From positions 25,460 through 57,567 of the forward strand of contig PXUB01000005.1 in assembly GCA_003009755.1 (NCBI GenBank): a DNA stretch of 32,108 nt. Direction: 5' to 3'. This DNA comes from Thermoplasmatales archaeon SW_10_69_26. GTDB taxonomy: Archaea > Thermoplasmatota > SW-10-69-26. Position 1 is the stretch's first letter. Each line of letters starts with the position of its first letter. The notes under the pieces are model-generated. The model ran no database searches and was not told where the DNA came from. It saw nothing but the letters and a program-made list of their open reading frames with translations. Of this stretch, positions 6,814 to 14,995 are shown piece after piece. Position numbers and translations under genes: made by a program.

Positions 6814-8236
6814 TCAGTCGTCGACGTCCCGGTAGTCGACGGTTTCGCTCCCGTCGTGGGCGTGGAACTCGCCGCCGTCCTCGTCGGTGTCGCACACGAT
6901 CGGGGTCCGGACCTCGATCGCCGCCCGCGGCGTGCTGGGGGCCGGCGTCGAACGTCCGGGGGTTGTGGGCGTGCGAGTTGCCCGCCGCCGCGTCGGGCTG
7001 CGGGTTCTCGCCCTTGCCGTGGCGAACGTCGGTCTCGCGGATCTCGTCCTCGCTGTCGGTGGGGCCGTTGTCGAAGGCCGCGAAGTCCACCGCGAGCAGG
7101 AAGTTGTACTCGATCGAGCACTCGTAGGAGGCCCGCTGATCGGTCTTGCATCCCTCGTAGGCCTCGTCGAAGGGGTTCTCCGTGATCGGCATCCCCTTGA
7201 CGTCGCTGCCGTCCTCGTACGTCCACGGCGCCTGGTCGACGTAGCCCATGCCGGACGAATCGACCTGCAGGTGGACGGCGAACAGCGGCTCGACGAGCAC
7301 CGCGTCTTGGGTCTCGTTGTGGCAGGCCTCGCCGTCCGAGCAGTCGTGGTTGCCCTGGTCGGACCGGTCGTCGCACCGGTCGTGGTGCGGGTAGCTATCG
7401 CGCGGGTCCGACACCGGGACCGTCCCGTCGTCGCTCTCGCAGCTCCCGTCGTTGCCGATGTTGTCCTCGCCCTCCTGGAAGAGGTTGCCGAGGACCGACA
7501 CCGGGTACACCATCTTGTCGACGATCCAGCTGACGTCCTCGAAGGTGTCCGGCATGTTCGGGTCGGAGATGAAGAACGAGCTCTGGTACTCGAAGATGCA
7601 GCCGGCGCAGGCCTGGTCGAGGTCGATCAACCGCTTCACGAGGTCCATGTTGTCGTCCAGCGGACCGCAGTTGCCCGCGGTCGCGTTGCCCTCGTAGCCG
7701 TTGTCCGCGGCGCTCGCCCGTGCCTGCTCGCAGCCCTCCCGGCCGGTCGCGTTCGCCGTCTCGTCGCTGGCGAAGACCGGCCCCGCACCGTAGGGGTCGT
7801 CCTTGCCGATCGCGAACGCGAACCCGTCGGGCGTGTAACAGCCACCCCAGCGCCCGGTCTCGCCGTTGGGCTTCTTGAGGTCGTTGTCCTCGGGGTTGAC
7901 ACCGAGCGCGCTCTCCGGCGTCTCGTTGCGGACCTGCTCGTTGTTCTTCTCACCGAAGAGGAACTGGTCGTTGAACCACAGGACTGCGTTGTCGAAGACG
8001 TTGCGGACGCGCTTGCACTTCTTGATCAGGCCAACCACGGCCGCGAACTTGTGCACCTCCTCCTCGCCGTCCTTGTCCTCGACGATGATCTCCACGAACA
8101 CCGAGTGCTGTTGCACGCCCGTGACGCCGCTGGCCTCCGCCTCGTCGCCGTTGAAGATCCGCTCCTGGGTCACGGCGAGAGCCGAGCCCGTGAGGGCCAG
8201 GACGAGCATGACGGCGACCAGGCGGCGTCGAGCGAT
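6814..8236 (-). CDS. Secreted acidic Cys/His-rich protein of unknown function; probable ATC start and frameshift near 6925
   Basis: Signal peptide (I/M)ARRRLVAVMLVLALTGSALA, strongly acidic body with 12 Cys. The coding-like tail AIEVRTPIVCDTDEDGGEFHAHDGSETVDYRDVDD* lies in a different frame and ends at 6814. Confidence 0.75.
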
Positions 8237-8243
8237 CGTGGTG

Positions 8244-8302
8244 CCTCCCTCGCCCGCGACCGAGCGAGCGTGGTCCAGCCGTTGGCTCGAAACAGCATAA
8301 GG
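8244..8302 (-). promoter_or_regulatory. TATA-like box, 5' UTR hairpin and SD for the 6814-8236 gene
   Basis: On the minus strand: ccttatg (8302-8296), hairpin ctcgctcg-gtcg-cgggcgag (8268-8249), SD gggagg (8249-8244). Confidence 0.5.
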
Positions 8303-8395
8303 TCGATGCAGTAACCCTCGGTGGGAACACACCGCCACGGGCCTCCCGTCTCCACTCGGGTCGCGAGAGGCCGTCGTTCACAACGTTTCCGAGGG

Positions 8396-8410
8396 CCCAA
8401 AGATTTATTC
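8396..8410 (+). promoter_or_regulatory. BRE/TATA-like promoter of the large surface protein gene
   Basis: cccaaaga-tttattc is an AT-rich patch in a GC-rich background, about 57 nt before ATG 8467; SD gggagg at 8453-8458. Confidence 0.5.
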
Positions 8411-8466
8411 AACTACGCGGTATCGAATTGGTTGAGGGGCCCACCCCCCTGTGGGAGGCAGTCGAT

Positions 8467-11400
8467 ATGTCGATTCCAACCCCGGCCGAGTCGAAGCAAG
8501 ATAGCAACGGGACAGATGCGTTGCTCGGATCGCGAGTTTGGGCCGTTCTGCTGGCTCTCGTGGTCGCGGGTGCTGGCTTGGCGATGCTGGCCTCGCCCGC
8601 CGCCGCAAATCACGGTGGTGACGCGATCGTGGTGGACGACGCCGGCGATGGAGACTTCACCACCATCGACGACGCCACCGCTCACGCGAGCCCCGGCGAC
8701 ACCATCGAGGTGCGCTCGGGCACGTACAACGAGGCGATCTTCGTCAGCACGAACGACACCGGCGCCGAGCTCGACGGTCTCACGATCGCCGCCGAGACCG
8801 CCGACGGCGGGAACGCCGACGTGACCGTCGACGCGACCGGCAACGCGAAGACCGTCGCCGACATCCGAGCCAACAGCGTCATGCTGCAGAACCTGACGCT
8901 CACCTGGGACGGCGAACAATCCGACAACGTGCACGGCGTGCACGTCCAAGCCGCCGGCGCCCAGCTCACCGACCTCTCGATCGAGCTCCCCGCCGGCTTC
9001 TGCTCGGTGCAGAACGGAAATTGCAGCGGACCCGACGGCACCGGTGTCCAGGCCGACGCCGGCGTCACGATCGACAACCTCGACATCTCCGCGGATCTGG
9101 TCAACGCGACCGATCAACGCGCCGCGGCCACGCACGGTGTGAACGCCAACACCGAGGACCCCGTCGTCGTGAACGAGACGACGGTCGAAGGCTTCGGCAT
9201 GGGCGTCGTGACCTGGGGCGAGGACACCACCGTCCTCGACTCCACGTTCACGCAGAACGTCCGCGGCGTCCAGGTCGCCGCCGACGGCGTCGAGGTCCGC
9301 GGCTCCGCCTTCACCGGCCACGTCCGCGCCGTCTACATCGCGGGCACCTCGCCCTTCTCCCCGCAAGACGTCACCCTGCGCCAGAACGACTTCGACCTCT
9401 CGAACACCGAGGCGCTCGCCTTCGAGGATCTCGAGGACGACACCGTCGAAGACGCCGTGATCGACGCCGAGCTGAACTTCTGGGGCGTCGTCAAGGAGGA
9501 GCTCATCGAGGAGTCCCGGATCGGCTGGACCGCCGGCAACCGCGTCAACGACGTCGACTTCCACCCCTACCTCAACGCGAATGGCGCCCAGATCCCGCCC
9601 AAGCCCGCCGTCAACTGCATCATCGACGAGAACCGCAACGTCACCTCCGTCACGCAGACGCGCACGCTGCAGGCCGCGGTCGACGTCTCCCTCGACAGCG
9701 AGTGCAAAGACTACGACGAGGACGGCACGGTCGAGCGCATCATCGTGCTCGATCCCAGCTTCGAGGAGTACGAGGGCGCCGTGATCGACACCCAGGTCCG
9801 CCTCGAATCCAGCGCCACGGAGGGCGTGGACGACGGCTCCGAGGCCACCCAGGGCGCGGTCGACTTCGGCGCTCGCATCCAGGCCCAATCCGGCGAGCCC
9901 GGTCTCCGCTTCGTCGACGGCAGCCAGAACTCCCACGTCGAAGGCATCGGCATCCAAGGCGAACCCGTCGGCACGACCGCGATCCGCGCCGAGGACATCT
10001 CCGGCGACAGCGGCATCACGATCGAGGACGTCGGCACCGGCAGCCGCAACGACGAGAGCACGCAAGCGCTCGCCGTCCGCGAGGTAACCAACCTCACCGT
10101 CACGTCCAGCACGTTCCTCAGCGGCGACACGACGGTCACGCTCGAGGCCACGACCGACACGACGATCGAGGACTCCCGCATCGCCGTCCAGGCGCCCCGC
10201 GACGCGCCCGGCGGAGACGCCACGGCCGTCGCCATCCAGGGCGCCGAGGGACCCTCGCTCGACGACAACACGATCTTGGGCAACGCCGTCGAAGGGTCGA
10301 CGGCCATCGAGATCGTGGACGCCAACGAGCCCGTCGTCTTCGACAACGTCGTTGCCAACACCATCGAAGGTATCGTCGTCGAGACGTCGACCGAGGCCAC
10401 GATCGAGAACAACACGCTGGCCTTCCCCGCCGTGACCAGCGCCTCCGACACCATCGGCATCGAGCTCGTCGACGGCGCGAACGCGACGGTCGACCGGAAC
10501 ACCATCCAGGTCGCCGAGACCGGCCTCGGCATCGACGGCACGACCGGCGTCGAGGGCGACCTCAACCGCTTCAACGGCACGACGACCGGCGTCAACGTCG
10601 CCAACCTGGCCGAGGACGAGCTCGACGGCGTCACCGACCTGGCGCTCAACAACGGCACGAAGGCCGCCACGCTGCGCGCCCTCGTGCTCGAGGACACGAC
10701 CGCCAACCTCGACGTCAACGTCGAGTGCAACGACTGGGGTGTCTACCAGCGCGACCTGATCCACGCCCAGCGCATCTTCGACGGTGGCGAGAACAACGAC
10801 GTCGACGCCCAGCCGTTCACCAGCCCGAACAAGAACAGCGGCGAGGTCGAGTGCCTCGTCCCGCCGAAGGCCGAGTTCTCCTTCGCGCCCGAGGAGTCGA
10901 TCACTCGCCTCGACGAGATCGACTTCATCGACGAGAGCGAGTCGGGCACCTACGACATCGATGATTGGGCCTGGGACTTCGACAACGGCAACACCAGCAC
11001 CGAGCAGAACCCCACGATGTCCTACGACAGCGTGGGCACCTTCTTCGTCGAGCTGACCGTCTCCGACAGGGTCAACATGTCGAGCTCCAAGGTGCACAAG
11101 GTCCAGGTCGAGAACCTGGAGCCGGAGCTGTCCGCGGTCCCCGACCCCACCTTCGAGCACAACGACGAGCTCTCCTTCGACGTCGAGGTCTCCAACTTCG
11201 ACATCCAGCAGTCCGAGGGCGACAACGTCACGATCGAAGCCTACGAGCTCGAGAACGGCGAGGAGACCCCCCTGCCGGCGAACGCCCAGTTCCAGATGGT
11301 GGACAACAGCACGGGCACGTTCACCTTCTCGCCCAACGCCGACCAGGACGACAGCTACGACATCCTGTTCCGGGCCGACGACGGCTACAACACGACGACG

Positions 11401-13935
11401 GCGGAGTCCACCGTCACCGTCGTCAACCAAGCCCCCGTCTACGACCCCGAGCTCCCCGACCTCGTCGGCGGGGTCGAGGGCGACAACGTCACGATCGAAG
11501 CCAACGCCCTGGACCCCGACGACGGCGACGAGGTGGATAGCCTCGCGGTCGACATCTCCGAGCTGCCGGGGAACGCGACCGTCACCGGCACCACCGACAA
11601 CACGACCCGCACGGTCGAATGGCCGACCGAGACCGACGACGCTGGCAGCTACAACGTCAGCTTCACGGCGACCAGCCCCGCCAAGTCGACCACCGAGGAG
11701 GTCACGATCGAGATCCGCGAGACCAACGCTCCGCCCTCGCTCACGATCTCGGGCGAGACGACCCAGGTCGACGGCGAGATCGCCACGCTGGAAGCTCAGG
11801 CCGACGACCCCGAGAACGACGACATCAACTGGAGCCTCGAGACCGACCCGGCGATCGACGGTGACTCGCTGCAGGTCCAAGGCAACGAATCCCAGTGGGT
11901 GTGGGACGTCCCCGCCGGCACGAACGGTACCTACAACGTGACCTTCTCCGCCGCCGACACGTTCGACGGCGAGGTCAGTGCCACGGAGACGGTCACGATC
12001 AAGGCCACCCCGTACCTCGACACCCTGCTGCCGCGAGAGACGGAGACGGACACGTTCACGCTCGAGCCGCTCGTCGGCTCGACGACCGAGTTCGCGTTCT
12101 GGGCCGAGGACCCCGACGGCGTGCTGACGTCCTCCGAGCTGTCGGTCGAGATCGGCTCCGCCTCCGGCAGCCAGACGTTCACGCCCGAGGTCGTCGATGC
12201 CAGCGCGGAGGAGCCCCGCAAGTGGGCCGTCCAGACCCCGCTGACGGAGACGGGCCCCCACTACGTGAACGTCACCGCGGTCGACGACGAGGGCTACGAG
12301 ACCTTCGAGAACACGACCTTCATCGTGCAGGAGAACGAGGCCCCCAACATCACGCTCGAGCAGGAGGTCGTCTGGGCCAACGCGACCGACCCGTTCGGCG
12401 CAACGGTCACGCTCGAGGCCGACGCGGTCGACCCCGAAGGCCGCTCGATCGACGACGAAAGCTTCGTCTGGTCGGTCGAATCCGGCCCGACGCTCAAGGA
12501 TCCGTCCGTGAACGTCACGCTGCCCGTCGGCACCCACAACGTCCAGCTCGAGGTCACCGACCCGATCGGTGTCTCGGCGACCGAGACCGTCGTCGTCAAC
12601 GTCGACGACACGATCGCGGTCGACGGTGCGCTGGACGCCACCGACCAGGGTGACTTCTACCAGGTCGACCCGACGCAGCGCGCGCTCGAGGAGCTCACCG
12701 GTACCGCAACCGTCACCAACGATCTGGGCAACGGTGTCGACAGCTCCATCGTGACCGGCACGGTCATCTACTACGGCGCCGAAGCCAACGATCAGGGCGT
12801 CGGGGTCGGTAGCTTCGAGGTCACCACCAACGCCAGCGGCGTCGCCGACTTCTCCTTCGACCAGGAGATCGCCGGCGCGGCCGGCGGCCAGAGCATCCTC
12901 TCGGCGCCCGGCTGGCACGAGATCGCGCTGACCGCCGACGCGGCCAGCCGCGATCAGGCCCCCGACAACGACCAGGAGGTCGACCGGGACTCGATCCTCT
13001 ACTTCGTCTCGCCGAACGTCCCGCCCGAGGGCCCGGACACGACCGGTGCCCACGCCGAGGCGGCCTGCTACGACGCACCCGCCAGCGAGGACAACCGCAG
13101 CGGGGCCCAAGACGAGGCCCGCGTGGCTGTCGAGGACGGCGCCCCGACGGCGAGGGCGCCCGCGCCGGGCAACGTCGCCGAGGGCGCGCAGACGTTCGCC
13201 GAGCAAGGTGCCGACTGCAAGCGCGGCTACGCGCAAGCGACCCTGCTCGCGCTGGGCACCTACGTCCAAGCCTGCTACGACGGCGAGGTCCACATCCAGC
13301 TGAACGAGGGCCAGTGCCCCACCAGCGAGGAGAGCACCTTCGACCCGCCCGCGATCCCCGGCGGCAACGCCGGGCAAGCCCTCGCGGCCGGCCTCCAGGC
13401 GGAAGGCGCCTGCTTCTACAAGGACGACGGCGGCGAGGACACCGTGCAGGCGACCGCCGACCTGGAAGGTCTGGACGCGACCCAGCCCGACCTCGAGGCC
13501 GCGCAGTCCGCGCTGATCGCGTGCGCGAGGGGCCTCACCAGCGGCGAGCTGCCGCAGGGCGGCAGCTACCTCGCGGTGACCGGCACCGCCGGCGACGAGG
13601 CCGTGGTCGTCACCGTGAACACGGTGCCGGCGTCGGACCTCGTGACCGGTGAGGACGAGAACGCGACGATCGCGGCCGTCGAAGGCCAGGGCGCCTGCTA
13701 CTACGGCGGCCAAGGTGCCGAGGACGAGGCCAGCGTGTTCCTAGGCCCGCCCGCGCCCGACACGACCACGCCCGCGGCCGAGAACGTCGCCGCGGCGCTG
13801 ACCGCGTGCGGCTCGGCCGCCACCGACGGCTCCATGCCCGAGGGTGGCAGCTATGCTCGCTTCACGGCCACCATGGCCGGCAGCACGGTTGCGGTCTCGG
13901 TCGACACGGTCCCGCTCTCGGACGCCCTGACGTGA
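8467..13935 (+). CDS. Large secreted/surface glycoprotein (~1820 aa): two parallel beta-helix modules, PKD domain, several Ig/cadherin-like repeats, Cys-containing C-terminal repeats
   Basis: SD plus ATG 8467; signal peptide ...VWAVLLALVVAGAGLAMLASPAAA; GDFTTIDDA...PGDTIEVRSGTYNE pectin-lyase-like start; PKD motif WAWDFDNGNTSTEQNPTMSYDSVGTFFVELTVSD; N.AP...DP[DE] Ig-like units; many N-x-S/T sequons. Confidence 0.9.
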   Translation: MSIPTPAESKQDSNGTDALLGSRVWAVLLALVVAGAGLAMLASPAAANHGGDAIVVDDAGDGDFTTIDDATAHASPGDTIEVRSGTYNEAIFVSTNDTGAELDGLTIAAETADGGNADVTVDATGNAKTVADIRANSVMLQNLTLTWDGEQSDNVHGVHVQAAGAQLTDLSIELPAGFCSVQNGNCSGPDGTGVQADAGVTIDNLDISADLVNATDQRAAATHGVNANTEDPVVVNETTVEGFGMGVVTWGEDTTVLDSTFTQNVRGVQVAADGVEVRGSAFTGHVRAVYIAGTSPFSPQDVTLRQNDFDLSNTEALAFEDLEDDTVEDAVIDAELNFWGVVKEELIEESRIGWTAGNRVNDVDFHPYLNANGAQIPPKPAVNCIIDENRNVTSVTQTRTLQAAVDVSLDSECKDYDEDGTVERIIVLDPSFEEYEGAVIDTQVRLESSATEGVDDGSEATQGAVDFGARIQAQSGEPGLRFVDGSQNSHVEGIGIQGEPVGTTAIRAEDISGDSGITIEDVGTGSRNDESTQALAVREVTNLTVTSSTFLSGDTTVTLEATTDTTIEDSRIAVQAPRDAPGGDATAVAIQGAEGPSLDDNTILGNAVEGSTAIEIVDANEPVVFDNVVANTIEGIVVETSTEATIENNTLAFPAVTSASDTIGIELVDGANATVDRNTIQVAETGLGIDGTTGVEGDLNRFNGTTTGVNVANLAEDELDGVTDLALNNGTKAATLRALVLEDTTANLDVNVECNDWGVYQRDLIHAQRIFDGGENNDVDAQPFTSPNKNSGEVECLVPPKAEFSFAPEESITRLDEIDFIDESESGTYDIDDWAWDFDNGNTSTEQNPTMSYDSVGTFFVELTVSDRVNMSSSKVHKVQVENLEPELSAVPDPTFEHNDELSFDVEVSNFDIQQSEGDNVTIEAYELENGEETPLPANAQFQMVDNSTGTFTFSPNADQDDSYDILFRADDGYNTTTAESTVTVVNQAPVYDPELPDLVGGVEGDNVTIEANALDPDDGDEVDSLAVDISELPGNATVTGTTDNTTRTVEWPTETDDAGSYNVSFTATSPAKSTTEEVTIEIRETNAPPSLTISGETTQVDGEIATLEAQADDPENDDINWSLETDPAIDGDSLQVQGNESQWVWDVPAGTNGTYNVTFSAADTFDGEVSATETVTIKATPYLDTLLPRETETDTFTLEPLVGSTTEFAFWAEDPDGVLTSSELSVEIGSASGSQTFTPEVVDASAEEPRKWAVQTPLTETGPHYVNVTAVDDEGYETFENTTFIVQENEAPNITLEQEVVWANATDPFGATVTLEADAVDPEGRSIDDESFVWSVESGPTLKDPSVNVTLPVGTHNVQLEVTDPIGVSATETVVVNVDDTIAVDGALDATDQGDFYQVDPTQRALEELTGTATVTNDLGNGVDSSIVTGTVIYYGAEANDQGVGVGSFEVTTNASGVADFSFDQEIAGAAGGQSILSAPGWHEIALTADAASRDQAPDNDQEVDRDSILYFVSPNVPPEGPDTTGAHAEAACYDAPASEDNRSGAQDEARVAVEDGAPTARAPAPGNVAEGAQTFAEQGADCKRGYAQATLLALGTYVQACYDGEVHIQLNEGQCPTSEESTFDPPAIPGGNAGQALAAGLQAEGACFYKDDGGEDTVQATADLEGLDATQPDLEAAQSALIACARGLTSGELPQGGSYLAVTGTAGDEAVVVTVNTVPASDLVTGEDENATIAAVEGQGACYYGGQGAEDEASVFLGPPAPDTTTPAAENVAAALTACGSAATDGSMPEGGSYARFTATMAGSTVAVSVDTVPLSDALT

Positions 13936-13951
13936 GGCCGATCCCCGCTTA

Positions 13952-14000
13952 GGGAGCCCTCGGGCTCCCCTCCCCCGCTGCCTTTCTTCTCTCCGTTCTC
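13952..14000 (+). terminator. Hairpin plus pyrimidine tract after the large surface protein gene
   Basis: gggagcc-ctcg-ggctccc (13952-13969) followed by ctcccccgctgcctttcttctctccgttctc. Confidence 0.6.
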
Positions 14001-14092
14001 GGATCGTCCAGCGTCCGGTCTCGACCGGTGCCCAGCAGGCGGCCGGCCGATCGAGGCCGGGGGCCGGCCCCCGGCCCGTCGGCTCGGACACC

Positions 14093-14995
14093 TTACGTCG
14101 CGTCCGCAGGGACCTCGGTGGCAAGCTCCCCGGGGCCGTCGACCGGCGCTGACCCCGGCTGGGCCTCGCCGTCGGCCTCGGCCCCGGCCCGGGGCTCGTC
14201 GGCCGGGGACAGGCCCAACGCCGCGCCCAAGCGGGTCACCTGGTCGCCGACAGCCGCCAGGCCGTCCTGCAGGCCGGCCTGGGTCGCCTGCATCGCCCCA
14301 ACGGTCACCGACCGGGTCCAGCCGGTGGCGCCCTGGACGCCCGCGAGCGCGCCGTGCGTCCCGCTGGCCAGGCCCTGCCCCGTGGCCGAGGCGGCCTGAC
14401 CGGTGGCCGTTGCGGCCGTGGCGAGGCCCTCGCCAGCCAGACGCAGCCCGTCGACCGGGAGGCTGGCCACGTCCTGGACGATGGCGAGGGTGCGGTTGAG
14501 GAAGATCGCCGTCCGCTCGAGGAACGTCTCGAGGTGGGAGGGCGCCTGCTCGGGTTCCTCGCTGGTGGCCTCGACGAACGCCTGCGCGGCCGCGACCTCG
14601 TCGCGGGCCGCCTGTTCGGCGTCGTCCTCGGCCTCCTCGGCCCGAGCCGTCTCCTCCTCGGCCTCCTCGGCGTCCTGGTTTTCGCCGGCGCGCTCGGAGG
14701 CCGGCGGCACGCAGTCCAGCGCCTGGCCGGCGGCCTCGCCACCGCGCTCGTCGACGGCGTAAGCGCTGTCGCACGTCCAAGCCTCCGTCCAGTTGGCCTG
14801 CTCGCCCTGCCAGGAGGCGTTCGTCGCGTTCGCCGCCGCCTGGGCCGGGTCGCTGGCGGCGTCCTCGGCCACGCCCTGGGCGTGACCGGCGGCCTCGGTC
14901 GCCTGCTCCTCGAGGCTCTGAGCCGCGGCCGAGGCGGGCAACAGGCTCAGGGCCAAGACGACGGCCAGCGGCACCGCGAGCCGATCAGCGTTCAC
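14093..14995 (-). CDS. Secreted Ala/Glu-rich, probably helical protein of unknown function
   Basis: SD ggaggagg then GTG at 14995 gives (M)NADRLAVPLAVVLALSLLPASAAA|QSLEEQ, a signal peptide; overlaps the upstream stop by 11 nt. Confidence 0.75.
   Translation of the reverse strand: MNADRLAVPLAVVLALSLLPASAAAQSLEEQATEAAGHAQGVAEDAASDPAQAAANATNASWQGEQANWTEAWTCDSAYAVDERGGEAAGQALDCVPPASERAGENQDAEEAEEETARAEEAEDDAEQAARDEVAAAQAFVEATSEEPEQAPSHLETFLERTAIFLNRTLAIVQDVASLPVDGLRLAGEGLATAATATGQAASATGQGLASGTHGALAGVQGATGWTRSVTVGAMQATQAGLQDGLAAVGDQVTRLGAALGLSPADEPRAGAEADGEAQPGSAPVDGPGELATEVPADAT

Noticed and set aside
6761-6920. Arg-rich C-terminal tail of the 525-aa ORF as a nucleic-acid-binding segment
   Set aside because: Better explained as out-of-frame sequence after a frameshift; the alternative frame is host-like and stops cleanly at 6814.
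8413-13713. 1766-aa minus-strand ORF and other long overlapping ORFs (e.g. 1325-4627, 16552-20160, 19811-22495, 25080-28451)
   Set aside because: Antisense or out-of-frame shadows of real genes caused by high GC and codon bias; Arg/Gly/Val-rich with no recognisable motifs.
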